IMG/VR virus record: IMGVR_UViG_3300031998_000076
Span: 1,391-65,390 of that record
Source: a virus
Taxonomy: Duplodnaviria; Caudoviricetes
Length of the DNA stretch: 64,000 bases
Reading direction: 5' to 3' (one strand)
Shown here: positions 46,876 to 55,371 of the stretch, piece after piece
Layout: the number at the start of each line of letters is the position of its first letter
Numbering within the stretch: position 1 is the first letter of the stretch
Program-made: the position numbers and the translations under genes
Notes under the pieces: model-generated
The model's input: the letters and a program-made list of their open reading frames with translations, nothing else
Databases searched by the model: none
Told to the model about the DNA's origin: nothing

Positions 46876-48900
46876 CTATCGTTGCTTTGCAGGTAACAAA
46901 ATATTATCGTAGTATTCTTTGTTTGGCAACGCATTATCTACGCGCATGATTGTAGGATTCCAGGAGTAATCATTGTCGGTGTTCAGCTTGCAATCCGCAA
47001 GATACTCTGCAATCTTCTCGATGCCAAGCTGTTTTTCCCCGTTCTGAGGATCAACAAGCATCAGATGACCATTTTCTCTTTCAAGACAAACGATATGAGC
47101 GCCTCCGCGTTTCCAGCAAACTGACATCGTGAACCTCTGCCCATCCTGAACCTGTTTGTCAAGCCATTTTGCGACATTGTTCTTGTTCCATTTTTTGCCC
47201 GTTTCCGGCCGGATCTTCTCAGGAGGTTCACCAGTCTCAGGATCAATCCACGCACTCGCTCCTGTTCTGTGAGTCGCCGCCAGTTCATACTGCCATGCTT
47301 CTGCATCTCCTTTACGAGGCTTTGCAATGACGTCATAACCTCTCCTGCGCAGCTCATACGCGACAACGCAGGTTTGGCAATTCCCTCTTTGCTCTTTAAC
47401 GTGCTTTGCCCTGTCAGGATTCGCACTGGAATTATCTGCCGAATAAAGATCCATTTCATCCCCCTTCTTTACTCCGGCAACAGTATCTGGAGAATACATC
47501 TTTTTGATCTCTTCCGGTGAATGCTTTGACTTCCACACAGAGGACTTGGCATTCCTTTCTGCTTCTTTCTTGGCTTTTTCTGCCGCTTCCGCCTGTGCTT
47601 TTTTCTCTGCTTCAGCTTTTTTCTTGGCCTCTACTTCATCCTCGGAAACAGGTTCGGCGCCGGTGAGCATTTTATCCTGGAGAAGAATGTAATCCTGGAT
47701 CATTCTGCGCTCTTCCTTTTTCCGGGGAGTGAACTCCTTCATTTTACGTTCGACCTTTTGGAAGTCGTCAAACGTAAGATCGTCAACATTATCTTTTAAA
47801 TCGATCGTGAATGAATCTCTGCTAATATAAGCATTTACAACTTCCAGAAGCCTTTTCTTTTCATCATCCGTCAATCTGTCGAAATTTTCCGGCCCATACT
47901 TATAATTCAGATGCGCCCAGCTTGAAGCCGGATCTCTCGGAGCCAACTGCCCGCGGATTCTTTTGATTGCCTGGATTCCATAATAATTCGCTTCAGTAGG
48001 AGAGACAATCTCATGTTTCATTTTATCGACAAACCGCTGATTGAGCTCTCCGAAACTTTCAGGAGTCATTCTCTCCGAATAAGGAGCAACCTCACCGATT
48101 GCCGTTTTCATGTAATAACTTGCCTGACCAACATCAGGATTATTTGCAACCCAACTGTAATCAGGGCCTTGAGGCTTTGTCACAGGACGTTCCTTTACAC
48201 CGGCAGCATAAAGCACTTCATCCGGGATCTCTTCGCCGGACGTGGGAACATCCATTGCTTTCGCATACAGATCAAAGAAAACATCTGTTTCGGTTCCTTC
48301 AAGATCTTCGTAATTGTTCCACAGATAATCGAAAACCTTTCTTTCATCCTCGGAAAGATTTTCCTTCATCAACCTGTCTTTGTTGTCATCCCATTTTCTT
48401 GCCTCAGAAACATAACCCAGCAGTTGATTCTTGTCTTCATTTGATCCGGTTTTCATGACGTACTCTTCTGCGGACATTCCTTCCCGGATCTTGTCGAGAT
48501 TGCCGTTTTTGAGCGCTTCCTCTTTTTCGCTTTCTGTTATAAGCCCTTGCTTCCAGCGCTTTTCAATAAGTTCCTTTGCTCTCAGCTGATGCTTAAGTCT
48601 TTCGCCGTGACTTTTCAGAACTCTTGTTGCCCCGGCCTGCTTTTCTCCGTTAAGGCCGTTCAACCAGTCTTTCCGAGATCCGAAATATCCAATGTCTGCT
48701 CTGCCTCCACGATACTGCTTTCCGCCGCCAGGACCGGAACCACCCACCTTGCCAGGACGTCCTTTGTGTCCGAAGTTCCCCGATCCGGGACCACCATCCG
48801 TCGCGAACTCAGAAGCAAATTCAGGAGGCAGGACGCCGATATACTGCCCAATATCGGTATAAACCTCTACTTCTCCTTTTGGATTGATACTCGTCAGCAT
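46876..48900 (-). CDS. GGPGSGN-tagged effector with C-terminal papain-fold (Tox-PL-like) peptidase
   Basis: Tag at 48736-48798; GNCQTCVVAYELRRRGYDVIAKP (Cys), GAHIV (His), LVDPQNG (Asp). Confidence 0.82.
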   Translation of the reverse strand: MLTSINPKGEVEVYTDIGQYIGVLPPEFASEFATDGGPGSGNFGHKGRPGKVGGSGPGGGKQYRGGRADIGYFGSRKDWLNGLNGEKQAGATRVLKSHGERLKHQLRAKELIEKRWKQGLITESEKEEALKNGNLDKIREGMSAEEYVMKTGSNEDKNQLLGYVSEARKWDDNKDRLMKENLSEDERKVFDYLWNNYEDLEGTETDVFFDLYAKAMDVPTSGEEIPDEVLYAAGVKERPVTKPQGPDYSWVANNPDVGQASYYMKTAIGEVAPYSERMTPESFGELNQRFVDKMKHEIVSPTEANYYGIQAIKRIRGQLAPRDPASSWAHLNYKYGPENFDRLTDDEKKRLLEVVNAYISRDSFTIDLKDNVDDLTFDDFQKVERKMKEFTPRKKEERRMIQDYILLQDKMLTGAEPVSEDEVEAKKKAEAEKKAQAEAAEKAKKEAERNAKSSVWKSKHSPEEIKKMYSPDTVAGVKKGDEMDLYSADNSSANPDRAKHVKEQRGNCQTCVVAYELRRRGYDVIAKPRKGDAEAWQYELAATHRTGASAWIDPETGEPPEKIRPETGKKWNKNNVAKWLDKQVQDGQRFTMSVCWKRGGAHIVCLERENGHLMLVDPQNGEKQLGIEKIAEYLADCKLNTDNDYSWNPTIMRVDNALPNKEYYDNILLPAKQR

Positions 48901-48921
48901 CTCAACACCTCCCAAACAAAA

Positions 48922-48952
48922 ACGGAAACTCAGTTTACACTTGAGTTCCCGT
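48922..48952 (-). terminator. Hairpin after cassette 3
   Basis: ACGGGAACTCA-N9-TGAGTTTCCGT followed by TTTTGTTT. Confidence 0.75.
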
Positions 48953-48973
48953 TATCAAGATTCCGTTCTCGCT

Positions 48974-49204
48974 TTAATAAATCATATCCTTGCTCAGTTT
49001 ATAATTGAGCAGTTCCTGCCAGGTGACGCCCTTTTTCAAGCATTCCTTGTATACCTCTTCAGAAGACTTATATGGCCCGAAATCCGCCCCCGGCCATTTG
49101 GATGACATAAGACTCCACTTGCCATGAAGCATGGCATAAATCGCAGCCTGCGGCTGCGTTCTGGCCAGTTCTTCATCAAGCGGATAAGTTTCTACTTCAC
49201 TCAT
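48974..49204 (-). CDS. Small protein, candidate immunity for the HExxH effector
   Basis: ATGAGTGA overlap with the toxin stop; EVYKECLKKGVTWQELL. Confidence 0.65.
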   Translation of the reverse strand: MSEVETYPLDEELARTQPQAAIYAMLHGKWSLMSSKWPGADFGPYKSSEEVYKECLKKGVTWQELLNYKLSKDMIY

Positions 49205-51227
49205 TGTCTCCGCACCTCCAAGCCTTCGTCATGACACTTGCGATATTCGGAATGCACTTGCTCATGAAATCAATCTCAACACTGTCATTTCTGACACGTG
49301 CGGAGAAAATATTCGCCGCCGTTTCTATCGGCCACCTTTTTTGCTCATAATAATCTATGGAATGAGCACCCCATAAAGCAGCAAGCATAAAAGCCCCTTG
49401 GACAGCATCATCAATACAGTCCGTTATACCGCCCAGCATTTCTTTTTTGCGCTGATACTCATCATAAAGCGCCTGTTTCTGCCGGAGAAGTTCTGCATAC
49501 TTTTCCTCTCCAATGGACTCTTCCCATGCGTCGAATTTCTGACGATACTCTATCATAGCTTCATGATATTTTTCATCATAACCTTTCTTCTTCGGGACAG
49601 TTTTCACGGTCTTCCTTTTCGGAGTTGTGTATGTTTTGTAATAATCCGTGAATTTTGGTTCGACCGGCTGCCCGTGATCGTACATGAAGTTTTCCCATTC
49701 TCCATATCCGATCAAATTCCTCAACGCTTTATCCACGGCCTCAGAAATGAAGAACATATCAGGATCTGATACTCCATCAATCCACTTCCCGTCTTCTCTT
49801 CTCCTGATGCCAACGTGCTGTCCATGCTCTACATATTGAGCAGCATACTTGTCTCCCATACCAGCAAGTTCAAGCAATCCTTGTATGTCTTCCTGGGCGG
49901 CCTTCTTATATTCATCCCCATAAACAGCAATTGCGGTAGCGCCATCTTTGGTATCTGCAATCGACACCAACGGCTCCGCAATCATTTTTACCCCGGATTT
50001 CGATATCCAATTATCGCAAAAATGTCCATACTCATGCCAGAACGTTCTTGCTACATCTTCCGCAGACCTTGGGATTCCATTATGTCCAGAATCCCCATAG
50101 AACATATTGATTCTCTGATGATCAAAATTGCACGTCCCCGTTGTTGGACTCCAGATAATCTCTGCTCTTTCCAATGTTCTGTCCACAAGTTGCGCCATCC
50201 GATCATCCATGGTGTCCACACTTGCGATAATCTTTTCCCTGTAATTCCTCAAATACGGTCCTTCTTCATCACTATTGGAATAAGGAATACCATTGATACG
50301 TTTAAAACAATTCGCAGATTTCTGAAGTTTTTCTTTCACAGACTTCCTTGCCATGTCTCCTGCTTTTGTATGGACATATCCTCCATCCTGAGCCCTGAAC
50401 ACATCCCTGAGTCTTCCGTGTTTTTCAAGATATTTAATCCCGTCCGGTCTTTCAGGAATCACAACATCTTCCACGCCCAATGCTTTGGCCTTGAGCGCTG
50501 AATAATACTGATTTGTAGAGTAAGAAGCATTCCGAATAAACTCTTCATTCGGGATTTTTGAATACTTCGGCCCATCACCCCAGGGGAATGAATCCAGGAT
50601 CATGTTCAGATCTTTTCTTTCATCATCCGTAAGATTCTCGAAGTTTCTGTCAAGAATCGTTTCTGACCATCCGAGTTTTTTGCCGAGATTGTCAACAATT
50701 TGATCGGCCTTCTGACTGTACCATTTTTGCCCAAACACCTGTCCGAAAGAATCTACTTTCTGAAGAAACTGATCCACCATATCCTGATCCTCTTCTGAAA
50801 GAGCATCATACCATCCTTTCATTTTCTTCTCAGGATGATCATGGTTAAGCATTGTGAATATCCTTTTTTGATATTCATACAATGATTCCTCAGTTCCTGT
50901 TTCGGCGTGCTGATCTTCAAGCGCACTATACTGTTCCTCTGTCAGAGAATCCAGGAATTTACTTATATTCTTCGCTTCTCTTGCGGCCTCCATGATTCCT
51001 TTAAATTCCTTGTGCCTTGCGAAAGACTTATATCCTTCTTCCTTCGACCCGGATCTGAACGCTTTCCCACCGGAACCCTTGCCGGAACCCCCGACTTTCC
51101 CGGGTCTGCCCCGATGTCCCCAGTTCCCCGATCCTTTTCCGCCGTCAATCCCCAGCAACCGGAGCGTGAACCGGACAAGATCCTCTTTGGGCCCGTTGTA
51201 TGATGCCACAATCTTTCCTTTGCTCAT
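49197..51227 (-). CDS. Tagged effector with zincin-like HExxH metallopeptidase
   Basis: Tag DGGKGSGNWGHRGRPGKVGGS at 51084-51146; TFWHEYGHFCD; later ETAANIFSA third-ligand-type motif. Confidence 0.78.
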   Translation of the reverse strand: MSKGKIVASYNGPKEDLVRFTLRLLGIDGGKGSGNWGHRGRPGKVGGSGKGSGGKAFRSGSKEEGYKSFARHKEFKGIMEAAREAKNISKFLDSLTEEQYSALEDQHAETGTEESLYEYQKRIFTMLNHDHPEKKMKGWYDALSEEDQDMVDQFLQKVDSFGQVFGQKWYSQKADQIVDNLGKKLGWSETILDRNFENLTDDERKDLNMILDSFPWGDGPKYSKIPNEEFIRNASYSTNQYYSALKAKALGVEDVVIPERPDGIKYLEKHGRLRDVFRAQDGGYVHTKAGDMARKSVKEKLQKSANCFKRINGIPYSNSDEEGPYLRNYREKIIASVDTMDDRMAQLVDRTLERAEIIWSPTTGTCNFDHQRINMFYGDSGHNGIPRSAEDVARTFWHEYGHFCDNWISKSGVKMIAEPLVSIADTKDGATAIAVYGDEYKKAAQEDIQGLLELAGMGDKYAAQYVEHGQHVGIRRREDGKWIDGVSDPDMFFISEAVDKALRNLIGYGEWENFMYDHGQPVEPKFTDYYKTYTTPKRKTVKTVPKKKGYDEKYHEAMIEYRQKFDAWEESIGEEKYAELLRQKQALYDEYQRKKEMLGGITDCIDDAVQGAFMLAALWGAHSIDYYEQKRWPIETAANIFSARVRNDSVEIDFMSKCIPNIASVMTKAWRCGDNE

Positions 51228-51249
51228 CCGGTTCACCTCCAAAAAATAA

Positions 51250-51279
51250 TTGTAAAAACTTGACATACTATGATATAAT
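51250..51279 (+). promoter_or_regulatory. Plus-strand extended -10 promoter
   Basis: TTGTAA, 18 bp, TG-A-TATAAT, with an A-rich upstream element. Confidence 0.65.
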
Positions 51280-51281
51280 GA

Positions 51282-51440
51282 TTTTGCAAGAGGACATTCG
51301 TCCCGCAGGAACCAGCACTTCTTTGGCCACCATACCCAGGGCGCGGCTGGGGATGAGTAAGTTGGTTCTGAACCTCATGCAAGCCACCAGCCACGGTTCT
51401 GCCTGAGGACTTGCAAAAATGCTTCGCATCAGCGAGGCAT
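51282..51440 (+). ncRNA. Candidate structured small RNA convergent with the ART/CdiA gene
   Basis: Promoter upstream; TTTTGCAAG/CTTGCAAAA closing stem; internal stems GGAC/GTCC, CCCAG/CTGGG, ATGAG/CTCAT; terminator downstream; no ORF with a good RBS. Confidence 0.5.
51419..51440. terminator. Bidirectional intrinsic terminator
   Basis: ATGCTTCGC-ATCA-GCGAGGCAT with T-runs on both strands. Confidence 0.75.
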
Positions 51441-51444
51441 TTTC

Positions 51445-53268
51445 TTATTCAAACCTAAGGACTTTATACTTGTCACCTTTGTACAAAATAATCACATCCG
51501 CAGCGAAATCCGCACTTGTGTACATTCTGTTCCTGACAGCAATTTCAGCATCTTCAAGTGATGCTCCGCACTTATTAAGATCCATTATTATCCCACCAGG
51601 ATTTCTTCGGATTTGTTTTATTCCTGTTCTCGGTCTATCGTTTAAAGCACTATATGATTTGCTGTCAGGCGTTTTAAGATCCCACAATCTTCCATTCCAC
51701 AAATAATCTGGATTGCTAACCCTTTTGTTCTTATGGATTTCCTCAAGAACTCTTATATCCCCACCAAACTCAGAATGCAACCACTTTGCGATTTTTATGT
51801 CATCAACCCGATTTAAAACATCTACGCCAGGATCGATCTCAAACTTTCCTTCTCCCGGCCTTGCATTCTCTTTATACTCATTCGTTATGTCACGATATGA
51901 AGTAACATTCGCCGCCCTTTTCCCATGCAACCTTATTGGTTTGGATCTATTCTCTCTTTTTCTTGGAATTACCCTATGCTCAGGATTGTTTCCTTCTTCA
52001 TGTGGTCTGTATTGTTTTGTAGATCCGCCTTTTCCAGATCCACCAACGCTCCCCGGCCTTCCTTTATGCCCGAAATTTCCAGAACCAGGCCCTCCGTCAT
52101 TCACAGATGTCTCAAGAGGATCAATGCGGAAATACTTCTGCTGCGCCTGCATCCTGTCAGGAAGAGATTCATACTTTTTGTCCGGCACAGAATCGAACTG
52201 CTTCCGTCTGAGGTCTCTTTCTTCCTTGCTCATTCTATGCTCAGATTCTACAACAGTAATGATCGTTCTGTTGGTCCCCTCCTGGACATTCATAACAGTC
52301 CATTGAGCTCTGCTGTGCGCCAGCACTTCATCCTCTCCATGAGTAGACAAATGACTTACCGGAGCCGCAGTTCTGTTTTTAATGCACCTGAATACGATGT
52401 GTCTGCTATCCTCACTCGAACCTGAGAAATGATATGCCATCTCTTTATCTGACGTCCAGGAAGAGTTCATTCCTATCATCTTCACGGTACCACCAGGTTG
52501 GGCATTTTTCATGAACTCTTCGTAATCATCCTGGTCGAGCTCAATCCCGCGATAGATTTCTCCATCATACACACCATCATCATCGATGTATTTGTCGAGC
52601 GTCTCTGTGTCCGCTCTTCCCCAACTCCCGCTGAACCATGTCCCCATTTCATCCAGGATGTGCCATGCCTCCTTTTCATCGCATCCCGTCCAATCCTGGA
52701 TATAAGCAAGCCTCGCAGTAGTAAAAGGATCTGTAAGTCCATTATTGGAGGATTCCCATTTCTTTTTGTACATGACTTCATCATTGATGTCAGGAGCTTT
52801 CCTTGCTTCCTTTGTGGGAGTAGGATCTCCGTTTTTCTCCATGATGTCAAAATACTGCTTCGCAAGCTCTCCGGCAGTTCCTTCTCTCCATGCCTTTACA
52901 GCATCTTCATATTCAAGGAAACCCTCCTCAAGCAGGAAATAAGACTGATCCTTTGGACTTTGACTCATGACTTCTTCTCGTTTCTGAGCGAGTTTTTCAT
53001 GATACTCAGATCTTCCAGCCCCTTCTGTTGAACCGGAACTTTGCTTTGCAGATCCTCCGCGTTTCCCAGGTCGACCAGCATGACCAAAGTTCCCGCTTCC
53101 TGGTCCTCCGTCACTTATCATCCGAACCAGATTGTCAAGATCATCATCAGAGAAACCTTTGGATTCCTCTGAAATAAAGTCTCCCATGGTGAACACCTTG
53201 CCAGCATAAACACCTTCATTTGTAAACTGCTCCAGGATGCCTGTCCCCGTGTTTCTGCTGTACTTCAT
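51445..53268 (-). CDS. Doubly tagged effector: R-S-E ADP-ribosyltransferase plus CdiA-type C-terminal nuclease
   Basis: Tags at 53050-53112 and 52036-52098; IYRG / SSWTS / EDEVL; NPDYLWNGRLWDLKTP...KQ...IIMDL PD-(D/E)xK pattern. Confidence 0.8.
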   Translation of the reverse strand: MKYSRNTGTGILEQFTNEGVYAGKVFTMGDFISEESKGFSDDDLDNLVRMISDGGPGSGNFGHAGRPGKRGGSAKQSSGSTEGAGRSEYHEKLAQKREEVMSQSPKDQSYFLLEEGFLEYEDAVKAWREGTAGELAKQYFDIMEKNGDPTPTKEARKAPDINDEVMYKKKWESSNNGLTDPFTTARLAYIQDWTGCDEKEAWHILDEMGTWFSGSWGRADTETLDKYIDDDGVYDGEIYRGIELDQDDYEEFMKNAQPGGTVKMIGMNSSWTSDKEMAYHFSGSSEDSRHIVFRCIKNRTAAPVSHLSTHGEDEVLAHSRAQWTVMNVQEGTNRTIITVVESEHRMSKEERDLRRKQFDSVPDKKYESLPDRMQAQQKYFRIDPLETSVNDGGPGSGNFGHKGRPGSVGGSGKGGSTKQYRPHEEGNNPEHRVIPRKRENRSKPIRLHGKRAANVTSYRDITNEYKENARPGEGKFEIDPGVDVLNRVDDIKIAKWLHSEFGGDIRVLEEIHKNKRVSNPDYLWNGRLWDLKTPDSKSYSALNDRPRTGIKQIRRNPGGIIMDLNKCGASLEDAEIAVRNRMYTSADFAADVIILYKGDKYKVLRFE

Positions 53269-53280
53269 GCGCCCACCTCC

Positions 53281-55359
53281 TTACTGTTCAACTCTGACCT
53301 TCTGTTCGCTCAGGATTACTTTTGTCCGATTCAGGACAACAGTATAAGATCCGCTTTCTCCATGACCTTCTGCATTTATGGCGTCATACCCCAGCATTGC
53401 GGCGCAAACCCCTTCATCCATCGGCATCGGCTGCCTTGGATGATGAGTCCATTCCGAAAAAGAAAACATCATTTCGATATGTTTCCGATTTTCTCTGAAC
53501 CAATCTTCCTGTTCCTGAGTCGCTTTCCCGTTGTACTTCATCCGGTTGATCCTGGCGTTCCCTGCAATGACACCGGCATTTCCGAGGCCAGCAGCGCCCT
53601 CTCCTTTTTCACTTGGAGATTCTGAAATGCCATAGTAATAAGCCTTCGCATAAGCCTCGACAAGATCCTTATCGATATAATCCGGGCACTCGAGCCTTGA
53701 AACAGCCTCTTCTACGAACGCTTCCTCTGACATATCGCAAGTGTTGTACCCTGATGTGATTTTGTGCCGGAGATCTCTTAACTCCTGATACGTGATGATC
53801 TTCGCGCTCGGATCAAGCGTCATAACCCTGGTTGAAGCCTGAGGATCTATTTTTTTTCTTTCACACTCGCCCTCAATCTCTGCCCAGCTTTTGTCCGACA
53901 TATCTATGGCGCTCAAATAGAAGTAACTCCTACCATCAGGAGATAGCAGCAATCCATCTTTTGCGACAGTATAGATTTTTGCCTCACCAGGAACGTAATC
54001 ATACATCACGGCAATCGTCATGCCCTCTTTGGGAACATCATCGAACCTTTTCTTTGTGTTCTTATCGAAATACATGAACACATTGTTTCCAGTCGGACTG
54101 TACCCGGTCGCAATGCTTTTTCCTTCCGGCGCGACCCCCGGATTCTCATCCTCGATTCTTCTTATGGAATAACGCCTGTAATGCTCCATCTCGGATAACG
54201 CTCCGCGGATTCCAGCCTCACGTTCTTTGCTGTTTGCATCCGCGTATATCCCAAGATCCTGTTCCTTGCACTCATAAACATCAAGCGCATTCCCGACCAT
54301 CTGATCCGCATCATCATCGCTGATCAAAGCTCCGGTATTCATATCTGTCCAAAGATACGAATCCTCATCCATTCGGATCATCATTCTCGACCCGTCTTTG
54401 TTTACGATTAAATAAGGAATGCCGGAATACATATCACCAGTATCATCGGGCTGGATCTTGTCTTTTGTAACAAATCCATTCCCCTTTGAATCTGTGAAAA
54501 CACACATTCCGGCAGAACCCATCTCGTGCATCATCCTGAAATCAGAATCAAGACTCGGGTCATCCCATTTGTAAAGCGGTTCCTGCTGATAAACACCAGC
54601 GCAATACATTCCCTGTCCATACTGCGCTCCTCCGGTTCCGCAGTCGACATACCATTCGCCAGATTCCAGCATTTCATCATAATCGGCCAGCTTTTCAGGA
54701 GTTTCCGCCGCATAAGATCTGTACAGAATCGGCATCTCAGGATGCTCTTTGATTATCCTGTCGAACTCTTCCTGTGAAACAACCTTCGGCACACCATTGA
54801 ATCCCTGTTTCGCAATTACATCCTCAATCGTGGTGTCAATAACCTGTCCGAACTCAGGATCTACATAAGGCTCGATATCTTTTCTCCAGGTGTCATACGT
54901 CCTGGATATATCCTTTCCCTGGACAACCTTATTTTCTTTCCTGTCTTTAACAGGTTCTGCCTGCATCACAGCAAGCATTCGCCTGGCATACATTGAAAGC
55001 GACTCTTCTGTACCGGAATCCTTCCATTGCTTTTGCAGCGCATCCTTCTGCATTTTGTCCATCGACTTTATGAAACTTCCATAATCTTTGGACTTCTGCG
55101 CAAGTCTGTGGATCTGCTGGAACGTCTTTGTTTCAGGAATGTCTGATTTCCCGGTTTCTTCGATTTCTTCTCCGGAAGATCCGCCTTCGCCAGACCCGCC
55201 GACCTTTCCCGGTCTGCCTTTGTGTCCGAAATTGCCGGAACCAGGGCCTCCGTCATTGACTTCCTCATCCAGCCCCAGGATTCTCCTGGCAAACAAATAG
55301 GTTTCATGAGCGCTGTGATCCTTGCCGAACTCTCTGACGAGCATTGACTTGACTCCCAT
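53281..55359 (-). CDS. Tagged effector with PARP-like ART fold split by a large insertion
   Basis: Tag at 55192-55254; QGFNGVPKVV, LYRSY, GAQYGQGMYCA near aa 200-250; AAMLGYDAI...YTVVLNRTKV at the C-terminus. Confidence 0.65.
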   Translation of the reverse strand: MGVKSMLVREFGKDHSAHETYLFARRILGLDEEVNDGGPGSGNFGHKGRPGKVGGSGEGGSSGEEIEETGKSDIPETKTFQQIHRLAQKSKDYGSFIKSMDKMQKDALQKQWKDSGTEESLSMYARRMLAVMQAEPVKDRKENKVVQGKDISRTYDTWRKDIEPYVDPEFGQVIDTTIEDVIAKQGFNGVPKVVSQEEFDRIIKEHPEMPILYRSYAAETPEKLADYDEMLESGEWYVDCGTGGAQYGQGMYCAGVYQQEPLYKWDDPSLDSDFRMMHEMGSAGMCVFTDSKGNGFVTKDKIQPDDTGDMYSGIPYLIVNKDGSRMMIRMDEDSYLWTDMNTGALISDDDADQMVGNALDVYECKEQDLGIYADANSKEREAGIRGALSEMEHYRRYSIRRIEDENPGVAPEGKSIATGYSPTGNNVFMYFDKNTKKRFDDVPKEGMTIAVMYDYVPGEAKIYTVAKDGLLLSPDGRSYFYLSAIDMSDKSWAEIEGECERKKIDPQASTRVMTLDPSAKIITYQELRDLRHKITSGYNTCDMSEEAFVEEAVSRLECPDYIDKDLVEAYAKAYYYGISESPSEKGEGAAGLGNAGVIAGNARINRMKYNGKATQEQEDWFRENRKHIEMMFSFSEWTHHPRQPMPMDEGVCAAMLGYDAINAEGHGESGSYTVVLNRTKVILSEQKVRVEQ

Positions 55360-55371
55360 GCGCTCACCCCC

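Noticed and set aside
51325-51352. Superficial likeness to the HDV ribozyme 5' region (GGCCACCATACCCAGGGCGCGGCTGGG)
   Set aside because: No P1 partner strand and no P3/L3 element can be drawn.
51403-51409. CTGAGGA resembling a hammerhead ribozyme core within a three-way junction of the candidate RNA
   Set aside because: The required GAAA after stem II is absent (AGGA instead), so a canonical hammerhead is not supported.
46368-55254. The tag copies as a DNA repeat family or CRISPR-like array
   Set aside because: Copies are kilobases apart, in frame and diverged at synonymous sites. No regularly spaced repeat-spacer array was seen anywhere in the window.
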